A model generated the notes under the pieces. The model saw only the letters and a program-made list of their open reading frames with translations. It searched no databases and was not told the DNA's origin. A program made the position numbers and the translations under genes. Positions 37,339-46,026 of a stretch of 64,000 nt of DNA are shown piece after piece. How positions within the stretch are numbered: position 1 is the stretch's first letter; each line of letters starts with the position of its first letter. The stretch comes from Alphaproteobacteria bacterium (GTDB lineage: Bacteria > Pseudomonadota > Alphaproteobacteria > Bin95): contig JAWLBX010000007.1 of assembly GCA_041687435.1 (NCBI GenBank), forward strand, positions 33,108-97,107, given 5' to 3'.

Positions 37339-38601
37339 ATGAAACCGCAAATTCTATCGACATTGCCGCACTATACGCGTGCAACGTTCCTGTCTGACCT
37401 GATTGCCGGCCTGACGGTTGCCATGGTCGCGCTGCCGCTCAGTCTCGCCATCGCCATCGCCTCCGGCGCCGATCCGGCCAAGGGTTTGGTCACGGCCATT
37501 GTTGCCGGCTTTCTCATATCCCTGCTTGGCGGCAGCCGGGTGCAGATCGGCGGACCAACCGGCGCCTTTATCGTCGTCGTTTTCGGAGTCATCGCCCAGC
37601 ACGGGTATGACGGGCTGGTCATGGCGACTTTCATGGCTGGTATCATCTTGGTGATCGCCGGTTACATCCGTGCCGGTGCCTTGATCCAATTCGTGCCCGA
37701 AGCGGTGATCAATGGCTTCACGATCGGTATCGCCGTCATAATCGCCACCAGCCAGCTGAAGGATTTCTTTGGCTTGAGCATGGCTTCAGTACCGGCGGAT
37801 TTCCTGGAGAAGGTGCCTGCGCTTTGGTCCGCCGGCGCGACGCTGAGCCTGCCAGCGCTCGGCATAGGCCTCACGACAATGGTGGCGATCGTGGCGCTGC
37901 GGCGGATGTTTCCGCGCTTTCCGGGCCTGATCGTTGCAGTCGCCGCCACCTCCGGAGCAGCGGTCCTGCTAAGCTTGCCGGTGGATACGATCTTTTCGCG
38001 CTTTGGCGCGCTGCCGGATACGCTGCCGATGCCCGCACTGCCGGATATCAGCGTCGAACGGTTCGTCGAGCTGCTGCCATCCGCCTTCATCATCGCATTC
38101 CTGGCAGGTGTCGAATCCCTGCTTTCCGCCATGGTCGCGGACCGGATGATCGAACATACCCACCGCCCGAACGCGGAGGTGCTGGCTCAAGGCTATGCCA
38201 ACATCGCTTCCGCCCTGTTCGGCGGCTTGCCGGCAACCGGTGCCATTGCGCGCACAGCCACGAACGTGCGGGCGGGCGGAAAAACGCCGGTTGCGGGACT
38301 GATCCATGCCCTGGTCGTGCTGGTGGTGATGCTGGTAGCCGCCGACCTGGCTGGCTATCTTGCCCTTCCTGCATTGGCCGGGCTGCTGATGCTGACTGCC
38401 TGGAACATGAGCGAACCGCACAAATGGCGCAGTTATATGCGGGCTCGCCCCTCTGACCGGATGCTGCTGATCCTGACCCTGGTGCTGACAGTTGTCGCCG
38501 ATCTGACGGTCGCCATCGGCGTCGGGGTTGCCGTCGGCCTCGCGATACGCCTGCGCCGCCGCCATGTGCCGCCAGCCGACTGGAGGACCCCGGACCGATA
38601 G
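37339..38601 (+). CDS. SulP-family anion transporter, short form without a STAS domain
   Basis: SulP core is present (FLSDLIAGLTVAMVALPLSLAIAIASG..., GGSRVQIGGPTGAF). The protein is ~420 aa from ATG 37339 and ends directly after the last TM (RLRRRHVPPADWRTPDR). Confidence 0.85.
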   Translation: MKPQILSTLPHYTRATFLSDLIAGLTVAMVALPLSLAIAIASGADPAKGLVTAIVAGFLISLLGGSRVQIGGPTGAFIVVVFGVIAQHGYDGLVMATFMAGIILVIAGYIRAGALIQFVPEAVINGFTIGIAVIIATSQLKDFFGLSMASVPADFLEKVPALWSAGATLSLPALGIGLTTMVAIVALRRMFPRFPGLIVAVAATSGAAVLLSLPVDTIFSRFGALPDTLPMPALPDISVERFVELLPSAFIIAFLAGVESLLSAMVADRMIEHTHRPNAEVLAQGYANIASALFGGLPATGAIARTATNVRAGGKTPVAGLIHALVVLVVMLVAADLAGYLALPALAGLLMLTAWNMSEPHKWRSYMRARPSDRMLLILTLVLTVVADLTVAIGVGVAVGLAIRLRRRHVPPADWRTPDR

Positions 38602-38603
38602 GC

Positions 38604-39077
38604 TCAGTCCAGCTTGCGGAACACCGTATCACGCTCGATCTGTTCGACGTTTTCCGGTCGGGAGAATGGCTGAGGCGCTGGTTCCCCAGCGTGGCGCGGA
38701 CGGCCGATGGCTTGAAAGAAGGGAGACAGGCCGCCTGGCAGCAGCGTCCAGAAAAACCGCATCGGCGCATCGCCGGTGTTGCGGAATGTGTGGCGGCTGT
38801 CCTTGGCCAGATAAAGCACCGTGCCGGGCTGCATGCGGTGTGCCTCGCCATCGACGACGGCTTCCCCCTCCCCTGCAAATACCATGATGAGTTCCTCGTT
38901 TTCGCCGTGAGCATGCTCGCGCACGTAGCAGCCGGGCGCGACTTCCTGCACACCACAGTCGAAATCCGCCATGCCCTCGCGGCCGCCCTCGACCTTGACC
39001 TCCACATGGCCGTTGGCGGGGACGGGTTGCCAGAAGCTGGCGCCCTCGTCCGGCTGGACGACGCGGGATTTTGGCAT
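38604..39077 (-). CDS. Cupin-domain protein
   Basis: Cupin motifs REHAHGENEELIMVFAGEG and GTVLYLAKDSRHTFRN. Confidence 0.8.
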   Translation of the reverse strand: MPKSRVVQPDEGASFWQPVPANGHVEVKVEGGREGMADFDCGVQEVAPGCYVREHAHGENEELIMVFAGEGEAVVDGEAHRMQPGTVLYLAKDSRHTFRNTGDAPMRFFWTLLPGGLSPFFQAIGRPRHAGEPAPQPFSRPENVEQIERDTVFRKLD

Positions 39078-39095
39078 GGCAGCCTCCTTTTCTGT

Positions 39096-40049
39096 TCAGA
39101 CCTGGGGCGGCACCGGCGTCAGCACCGGTTTGCCGCTGAAATGGGCCTTCAGGTTATCATAGACCAGATCGCCCATGGCCCGCCGCGTCTCGTGCGTGGA
39201 ACTGGCGATGTGCGGGGTCAGCACGACATTCTCCATCGCCATCAGGGCCGCCGGCACCTCCGGCTCGCCATCGAACACGTCCAGCGCTGCGCCGGCAATC
39301 CGGCCGTCCTGCAATGCCCTGACCATGGCCGGCTGGTCGATGATCGGTCCGCGGGCGGTGTTAACCAGGAAACCGTCCGGCCCGAGCGCATCCAGGACCT
39401 CCGCATTGACCAGGCCGCGGTTGGCCTCCCCGCCCTCGCAGGTTACCAGCAGGATATCGCTCGCCTTGGCCAAGTCTAGCAATGTCGGGTAGGAGCGGTA
39501 GGTCAGGTCGCCCAAAGGTTTGATGTCGTGATACTGGATGTGCAGTCCGAACACCTCGGCCCGGCGCGCTACCGCCATGCCGATCCGCCCCAGGCCCAGA
39601 ATACCGAGGCGCTTCCCGCGCACGGTAGTAGCCAGGTCCATGCGGCCTTGCAGCCATTTGCCATTGCGCAGAAAACGCTCGGATTCGCCAATGCGTCGGG
39701 TCACCATCAGGATAAAGGTCATGGCAAGGTCCGCGACGTCACCCGTCAGCACCTCTGGCGTGTGGGTGACGATGACGCCCCGCGACTGCGCTGCCACCAC
39801 ATCCGTCGCATCGAAGCCGACACTGAACGATGCGATGATTTCCAGATTCTCCAGGCGGTGGATCAGATTGGCGTTTGGTCCCTTGGTACCGCCCGCGACG
39901 ATACCGCGAATGTGGGGGCCGATCTGGTCCAGCAGGCTATCCGGGTCGGATGGATTGACGAAATCGTGCAGGGTGAATTCCTTCTGCAAACGCTCCGTCA
40001 GAAATGGGGGAATCTGGGCGACTTGCAGAAGGTCGGGCTTGGCGGCCAT
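39096..40049 (-). CDS. D-isomer-specific 2-hydroxyacid dehydrogenase (glyoxylate/hydroxypyruvate reductase-like)
   Basis: NAD-binding motif LGILGLGRIGMAVARR, with the catalytic R...E...H region (NTARGPIIDQ..., TPHIASST). Confidence 0.9.
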   Translation of the reverse strand: MAAKPDLLQVAQIPPFLTERLQKEFTLHDFVNPSDPDSLLDQIGPHIRGIVAGGTKGPNANLIHRLENLEIIASFSVGFDATDVVAAQSRGVIVTHTPEVLTGDVADLAMTFILMVTRRIGESERFLRNGKWLQGRMDLATTVRGKRLGILGLGRIGMAVARRAEVFGLHIQYHDIKPLGDLTYRSYPTLLDLAKASDILLVTCEGGEANRGLVNAEVLDALGPDGFLVNTARGPIIDQPAMVRALQDGRIAGAALDVFDGEPEVPAALMAMENVVLTPHIASSTHETRRAMGDLVYDNLKAHFSGKPVLTPVPPQV

Positions 40050-40307
40050 AGGGCGGTCCTCTCTGGTTCAGGCTTCGGCATGAGAGAGCACGATATTGCC
40101 GTGTGCGTCCAGAGGACGCCAACCATTCCCCTGGCGGTCAGGGGAACCCTTCGGCCCCCACCTTGCCAGTGCAAAGGGCCGGATGTTGGATGACGGCCGC
40201 CCCTAATTGGTGAGAATCATGGGCGACGGCACTTTTGGCCCTCTTTCCCGGATCCATCGCCTGTTCTAGGAAGAGCCGCATATCGCCTTTGCCCGGAGCC
40301 TTCTCCC

Positions 40308-40982
40308 ATGCCCCTTTTCGACGCCGATGCCCAAAAACGCGATGCCGCAGAAGCCGCAGTCCGACTGGTTGAGCATGGAATGACACTTGGCCTTGGCACC
40401 GGCTCGACCGCGGCATGGTTTGTGCAACTGCTGGGCGATCGGGTGCGGCAGGGGCTTCGCGTGCGTGGCGTGCCTACCAGCGAGGAGACGGCGAAGCTGG
40501 CAGGCGAACTGGGCATCACGGTGATCGGCCTCGACGAGGTCGGCTTCGCGGAAGGGCGCCGCATCAACCTATGTGTCGATGGCGTGGACGAGGTCGATGG
40601 CGAAAAACGCGCGATCAAGGGCGGCGGCGGCGCCCTGCTGCGCGAGAAGATCGTCGCTGCCGCGTCAGACCGCGTGGTCTATATCGCCGACGCCTCAAAG
40701 CGGGTGGAAACCCTGGGCAGATTCCCACTGCCGGTAGAGGTAATCCCCTTTGCCGCCACATTCGTCGCCAGCCGCATCGCAGCGCTTGGGTGTGAGCCTG
40801 TGATGCGGCGTTCGGCGGACAGCGCGGTGTTCCGCACCGACGAGAACAACATAATCCTGGACTGCCCTTTCGAGGTGATCGAAGACCCGGAGAGCCTGGC
40901 GGCGGAACTTGCCCTCATTCCCGGAGTAGTCGAGCATGGGCTGTTTCTTGGAATGATTGACGAGATGGTGATAGCCGGGTGA
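40308..40982 (+). CDS. rpiA: Ribose-5-phosphate isomerase A
   Basis: Contains GLGTGSTAAWFV, DGVDEVD and KGGGGALLREK motifs. 224 aa. Confidence 0.92.
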   Translation: MPLFDADAQKRDAAEAAVRLVEHGMTLGLGTGSTAAWFVQLLGDRVRQGLRVRGVPTSEETAKLAGELGITVIGLDEVGFAEGRRINLCVDGVDEVDGEKRAIKGGGGALLREKIVAAASDRVVYIADASKRVETLGRFPLPVEVIPFAATFVASRIAALGCEPVMRRSADSAVFRTDENNIILDCPFEVIEDPESLAAELALIPGVVEHGLFLGMIDEMVIAG

Positions 40983-41015
40983 TGTGATAGCGCAGCCGGC
41001 GCACGGCCTTTGAAC

Positions 41016-41198
41016 TCAATCCGGCTCTGCAATTCCGATCACAAACCAACCGGTCGTATTCACCAGGACGTCGGCAATATTCAAGCCAATCAAGTCGCCA
41101 TTGCGAACCTCGCAAATGGCGAATTCCTGCTGCCAGGCTTTCCAAATTTCCTTGGCATGGGCTTCATCTCTTGCTTTTTGAACCCGGATTTTCTCCAT
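41016..41198 (-). CDS. 60-aa hypothetical protein, last gene of an orphan three-gene operon
   Basis: AAAGGGA lies 8-14 nt upstream of the ATG. The start is 24 nt after the stop of the upstream lipoprotein gene. No family recognised. Confidence 0.4.
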   Translation of the reverse strand: MEKIRVQKARDEAHAKEIWKAWQQEFAICEVRNGDLIGLNIADVLVNTTGWFVIGIAEPD

Positions 41199-41221
41199 CG
41201 GATCAAATCCCTTTCATCCAT

Positions 41222-42070
41222 TCATGATATAGCCGCGGCGATATGAGCCAGCTCCCATTTGGAGATTTCCGAACGCACGGCTTCTGTGTTCCCTGACTGA
41301 ATCCGCAGCTTCATCAACTGCACGACTTGCGCGGATGCTCCGCCAGGGTTCGCGTTGCTTTGAGCGGCTTTATCCGCCATGGCATTGCATGCAGCCTGAT
41401 TTACAGAGCCGCCCGGGGCGCATTTCGCCATGAATTGCGCAACAAGCCCAGCCTGTTCCTTTTCAAACCGCATCAACTCCTGATTCGAAATCCCAAGCCG
41501 CTCCTGCTGGGCTTGCTTCAGTCCTTCGAATAATTCCTCGTCCGTCGGCTGGACGCTGACCAGCCTCGACCCAGCTTCCGCCAGCTTCCGGGCAGCCATA
41601 CCGGTTGCGAAGTATTGCGCAATTCCGGCCGCGCCCCGGGCCTCGCCACCACTGGCGTCGGCCCCTGCACCACCTGCAAAGTCCGCACCGAATGAGGCCA
41701 GAACCGAATACGTGTCCTCATCATGGCTGCCGTTTTTGCCAACGAACTTCGAACAGGAATCGCCCGCGCCACCAGTTTCGGCATTCACAATCCGAGTGCC
41801 ATCAGAAAGTGTCGTGGTCGTAATCCCGCCCTCGCAAGGTATGAGGGTACCCTGCTGATCCGCCACATTCGGCATCAATGGCATCCAAACCCCTTCCTGC
41901 CGCGCATAGCCCAACGTGAGCGATGGGGTCTGCGTGATCTGGTCCGAGGACACGTCGAACGCCACCTTGGTGTTTGTGCCAAAAATCAGCGTGTTGCTGT
42001 GACGGGGAGTTTCGCAAGCCGCAAGCGCCAGGGCCGACAATGCTGCCGCTAGGGTGATACCGCTACGCAT
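41222..42070 (-). CDS. Hypothetical lipoprotein
   Basis: Signal peptide plus lipobox MRSGITLAAALSALALAAC. It has a Gly/Ala-rich middle and a helical C-terminal half. No family recognised. Confidence 0.6.
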   Translation of the reverse strand: MRSGITLAAALSALALAACETPRHSNTLIFGTNTKVAFDVSSDQITQTPSLTLGYARQEGVWMPLMPNVADQQGTLIPCEGGITTTTLSDGTRIVNAETGGAGDSCSKFVGKNGSHDEDTYSVLASFGADFAGGAGADASGGEARGAAGIAQYFATGMAARKLAEAGSRLVSVQPTDEELFEGLKQAQQERLGISNQELMRFEKEQAGLVAQFMAKCAPGGSVNQAACNAMADKAAQSNANPGGASAQVVQLMKLRIQSGNTEAVRSEISKWELAHIAAAIS

Positions 42071-42453
42071 AGATTCCCCTGCAAATGTTGGAGTTGCTCA
42101 ATGGCGTGGTCCAGTTGGGTTTTATTCTCCACGACAATAACCAAGTTGCAAGCTTCGTGCCCGATTTCGTCAGGAAGCTCAGCATCGTTTCCCAGTGGCA
42201 AATATAGATAGCCATTGCGCTTGTAACCGATGGTCAAGCCATGATCCGCAACGATTCCGGTGGTTTCAATCGCCTGGAGCCGAATATTTGGATTCCGCGA
42301 ATCGAACGGCGGCAGGATATGACGAACATAACCGATATGATGGGTTACAGCGCTGCCATCCTCGTTGATGGTAGTCCCCAATGTGCAACCGGCGCCTGAC
42401 AGGCCAAGTGCCAGGGCCACCAGAAGCCTGTACCGGTGGGGGTGGAGTACCAT
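42049..42453 (-). CDS. Hypothetical small lipoprotein
   Basis: ATG 42453 gives MVLHPHRYRLLVALALGLSGAGC (lipobox). It overlaps the next gene by 22 nt. Confidence 0.5.
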   Translation of the reverse strand: MVLHPHRYRLLVALALGLSGAGCTLGTTINEDGSAVTHHIGYVRHILPPFDSRNPNIRLQAIETTGIVADHGLTIGYKRNGYLYLPLGNDAELPDEIGHEACNLVIVVENKTQLDHAIEQLQHLQGNLCVAVSP

Positions 42454-42618
42454 GCAGGCTATAAGGTCCCACCTGTTTTCATCGACATGGCCGGGCATAG
42501 CCCAGATCGCTTTCGCCTGCGAACAACTGCCGGAAACACTCGCCATTGGCGCGAAGTTGGTTGGTGGGCATGGCTTGGCTGCTCGACTGTTCAAAGACAG
42601 GGAACGGCCAGGATAGCG

Positions 42619-43092
42619 CTACGCGCGGACGCGGTCATCCCTCGTCATGACAACGCCTTCAATCTTCCAATCCCCGCTGGCTTGAAGGCCCAGCAAGTAG
42701 ACGACGGTCAATGGCGGGCCGCCTTGCCATTCGATACGGACCGGCTGCATCACGCGGCCATCGGCCTGCGTTGCGGCCGTATCGAAACTGTAGTGCGTCG
42801 GCCGGTATACGGCCGGATAGCCATAGCGAACGACATGGAGGAACAAGGCCGGATTCCGGAACTTTGCCTTGATCGATGGCGCAGCGTGAGCATAAGCCGC
42901 CGGGGCGTCGTCGCGGCGGAAAGCCTCTATCTGCTCGACGATGACCGTTCGAGCGGCGATCACATCGCGGTTCTCGTTCGCATGTCCAGGCAGAATTGCC
43001 ACGAACAGAGCCAGCACCGCCCATATCACAATCAGCACACACAGGCGTGTGCCGAACGGCGCCATCCGAGTGTTTAAGCGCGTGGGATACAT
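42619..43092 (-). CDS. DUF4864-like periplasmic/membrane-anchored protein
   Basis: An N-terminal hydrophobic anchor is followed by an NTF2-like pattern ([42 protein letters not shown]). I recall this pattern as DUF4864. Confidence 0.6.
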   Translation of the reverse strand: MYPTRLNTRMAPFGTRLCVLIVIWAVLALFVAILPGHANENRDVIAARTVIVEQIEAFRRDDAPAAYAHAAPSIKAKFRNPALFLHVVRYGYPAVYRPTHYSFDTAATQADGRVMQPVRIEWQGGPPLTVVYLLGLQASGDWKIEGVVMTRDDRVRA

Positions 43093-43318
43093 GCCAATTC
43101 CTCCACTTGCTGCTGTCTTTGACCTTTTGACCTATTTACGCCAGGGGCATAGACGTGGATCACAGGGACTTGCCTCGTTGGAGGCTCGCCCCTTGACAAT
43201 CCAACACCAAAATGGACGGTGCGGGTCTCACAATTACGCGAGGGGGATATCGATGCCGGCAGGTAGCCGGCGATATGGACGCCCTCGCGCCTCAGCCAGT
43301 TCAAACCGGGCCACACCC

Positions 43319-44710
43319 ATGACCAAGATCTATCTGCAGAATACGCTCACCCGCAAGAAGGAGCGCTTCATCCCGCAAGAGCCGGATCGGGTGACCTATT
43401 ATGTGTGTGGCCCCACGGTCTACAACTATCCTCACATCGGCAACGCGCGGCCGGCGGTTGTGTTCGATGTGCTGTACCGGTTGCTGAAACGAGAATTCCG
43501 TGAGGTAAAGTTCGTCCGCAACTTTACCGACGTGGATGACAAGATCAACGCCGCGGCCGCCGAAAAGGGCGTGCCGATTGGTGAGATCACCGAAAATTTC
43601 ATCAAAATTTATCAGGAAGAGACCGACGCACTCAACATTCTGCGGCCGACGGTCGAGCCGCGCGTAACGCAACACATCCCGCAAATCATCGCGCAGATTC
43701 AGACGCTGATCGATGCCGGCAATGCGTATGTGGCGGAAGGCCATGTGTTGTTCAACGTGCCATCCTACAAAGACTATGGCGCCCTTTCGCGCCGCGGCCG
43801 GGACGATATGATTGCCGGTGCCCGTGTCGACGTCGCCCCGTACAAGCGCGACCCGGCGGATTTTGTGCTCTGGAAGCCATCCGACGAAAACCAGCCCGGT
43901 TGGGACTCGCCCTGGGGCCGTGGCCGGCCTGGCTGGCACATCGAATGCTCGGCGATGGCGGAGACGCATTTGGGCGAAACGATCGACATTCACGGCGGCG
44001 GCAATGACTTGGTGTTTCCGCACCACGAGAACGAGATCGCCCAGGGCACCTGCGCGCACCACGGCAAGCAATACGCCCGCTATTGGGTGCACAATGGCAT
44101 GGTGCAGGTCGAAGGCCGCAAGATGGCCAAATCGGTCGGAAACGTTCTGCTGATCAAGGACTTGCTGGAACAGCACCATCCGGAAGTGCTGCGCTTTGTC
44201 CTGCTGTCTGCCCATTACCGCCAACCGCTTGACTGGACCGCCGACGGCGTCGCCCAGGCGAAAGCCACGCTCGACCGGCTCTATGGGCTGCTCCGCGACG
44301 TGGCGGATGTCGAGGCTTTGCCTGTCAGGGATGGAGACCCCGATTTTGAGCGGTTCGAAGCGGCGCTTGCCGACGACCTCAACACACCGAAAGCGTTTGC
44401 GGAACTGCACGCAATTGCACGGGCCTTAAGCTCCGCCGCCGGCAACGAGGCAGAACAGGCCCGGCTCAAAGGCGTTCTGCTGGAAGCCGGGGGAATGCTG
44501 GGGCTGTTGCAGCGCGATCCGGCCGAATGGTTCGGCAACACCTTCGACGCCAGCGAGGCGGAGCGTATCGAGGGGCTGATTGCTGCCCGGCAGGCGGCCC
44601 GCAAGGCCAAGGATTTTGCCGAGGCCGACCGCATTCGCGATACCCTGGCCGCCGAAGGCATTCTCCTGGAGGACGGCCCAAGCGGCACCACCTGGAAGCG
44701 GGCGGGGTAA
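43319..44710 (+). CDS. cysS: Cysteine--tRNA ligase
   Basis: Contains [16 protein letters not shown] (HIGH) and KMAKSVGN (KMSKS). 463 aa from ATG 43319. The ORF-track start at 42941 is a spurious extension. Confidence 0.95.
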   Translation: MTKIYLQNTLTRKKERFIPQEPDRVTYYVCGPTVYNYPHIGNARPAVVFDVLYRLLKREFREVKFVRNFTDVDDKINAAAAEKGVPIGEITENFIKIYQEETDALNILRPTVEPRVTQHIPQIIAQIQTLIDAGNAYVAEGHVLFNVPSYKDYGALSRRGRDDMIAGARVDVAPYKRDPADFVLWKPSDENQPGWDSPWGRGRPGWHIECSAMAETHLGETIDIHGGGNDLVFPHHENEIAQGTCAHHGKQYARYWVHNGMVQVEGRKMAKSVGNVLLIKDLLEQHHPEVLRFVLLSAHYRQPLDWTADGVAQAKATLDRLYGLLRDVADVEALPVRDGDPDFERFEAALADDLNTPKAFAELHAIARALSSAAGNEAEQARLKGVLLEAGGMLGLLQRDPAEWFGNTFDASEAERIEGLIAARQAARKAKDFAEADRIRDTLAAEGILLEDGPSGTTWKRAG

Positions 44711-44868
44711 CCTCAGTCCGGCGGCAACCCGTCGCCGGCGTAACCGGGCGGCTAGACCCTTTATCATCGTGCGGGCCTCTGCTTTGCTAGGTGCAGTCGG
44801 AAAGCCGTTCCGCCGCGGAGCTCTATATGCCTGCGGAACGGTGCCTAACGTGATCCAAAGGACCAATC

Positions 44869-45675
44869 ATGACAGCAACCCCCGGCCGATTTGCAGGCAA
44901 GACCGCCCTTGTCACCGGTGCCGCGTCGGGCATCGGCCACGCCATCACGGAACGCCTGATAGCCGAGGGCGCACGCGTCGTCGGCGGCGACGTGAACGAG
45001 CACGGCCTGAACGCCCTGGCCCACCAGCTGGGTGATGCCTTCGCGTTCCGGCTCACCGATGTCACCAAGGAAGCGGACGGCGAAGCCTTGGTGACTCTGG
45101 CGGTGGAGCGCTTCGGTGGACTGGATGTGGCGTTCAACGTCGCCGGCGGCAACAGGTCCGGCTATTTGCTCGACCAGCCGGAAGAGGATTGGCAGTGGAC
45201 CATCGACCTCTGCCTGAAGGGCGTTTTCCTTGGGGTGAAGCATCAGGCACGGCAGATGGTGCGCGGGCGCAACGGCGGCGCCATCGTCAATATCGCCAGC
45301 CTCAACGCGCATGTGCCAATGTATGCCGGTGCGGCTTACGCCACCGCCAAGGCAGGGGTGGAGATGCTGACCAAGAACGCCGCACTTGAGTTCGCGGACC
45401 ACAACATCCGCGTCAACGCCATACTTCCGGGCTTGGTGCAAACGCCCCTCACCCGCCGCCATTTTGATAATGAGGACGCGCTGTCCGCTTTCATAGAGCG
45501 CATCCCGCAACGCCGCCCGGCCCAACCGGAGGAAATCGCCGCGCCCTCGCTGTATCTGGCCAGTGACGATGCCAGCTATGTCAACGGCGCGAGCCTGCTT
45601 GTGGATGGTGCCTGGGCAGTCAGCGGTTATCCAGACATGCGGCCCTTCCGTGGCCCCGTGCAGTTCAACGACTGA
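44869..45675 (+). CDS. SDR-family oxidoreductase
   Basis: TGAASGIGHA cofactor motif and a YxxxK site (YATAKAGVEMLTK). Confidence 0.9.
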   Translation: MTATPGRFAGKTALVTGAASGIGHAITERLIAEGARVVGGDVNEHGLNALAHQLGDAFAFRLTDVTKEADGEALVTLAVERFGGLDVAFNVAGGNRSGYLLDQPEEDWQWTIDLCLKGVFLGVKHQARQMVRGRNGGAIVNIASLNAHVPMYAGAAYATAKAGVEMLTKNAALEFADHNIRVNAILPGLVQTPLTRRHFDNEDALSAFIERIPQRRPAQPEEIAAPSLYLASDDASYVNGASLLVDGAWAVSGYPDMRPFRGPVQFND

Positions 45676-45727
45676 GCATGGTCATTAACATGAGTCAGAT
45701 CTGACTGGACAAATATAGGATGCGGAA

Positions 45728-45943
45728 ATGACATATTACGTCTATGAGAACTGGACGCTTGACCGAGCGCTTCTTCATCGTGCCGCATGCGGCTATTGCA
45801 ATGACGGGAGAGGAACTCAGCCTTCAGACTCGGGCCGCAATGGTCGATGGCATGGGCCGTTTGAGGATCGAGACATGGCTGAGATTATCATGAAACGACT
45901 TAAACGTGCTGACAGTAAGGCATGCGGAAATTGTAGACCCTAA
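45728..45943 (+). CDS. 71-aa Cys4 (CxxC...CxxC) hypothetical protein
   Basis: The sequence is MTYYVYENWTLDRALLHRAACGYCNDGRG...KACGNCRP. The gene is more AT-rich than its flanks and is followed by a strong terminator. Confidence 0.5.
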   Translation: MTYYVYENWTLDRALLHRAACGYCNDGRGTQPSDSGRNGRWHGPFEDRDMAEIIMKRLKRADSKACGNCRP

Positions 45944-45977
45944 GAAGCGAATTCTCGGAAAATCCGACATCCCCAAA

Positions 45978-46004
45978 AGAGCCCGGACCAATCATCCGGG
46001 CTCT
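45978..46004. terminator. Bidirectional rho-independent terminator between convergent genes
   Basis: 10-bp stem AGAGCCCGGA/TCCGGGCTCT with a 7-nt loop. It is flanked by AAAA upstream and TTT downstream. Confidence 0.75.
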
Positions 46005-46026
46005 TTCGCGTTGTCACGTTCGCCGC

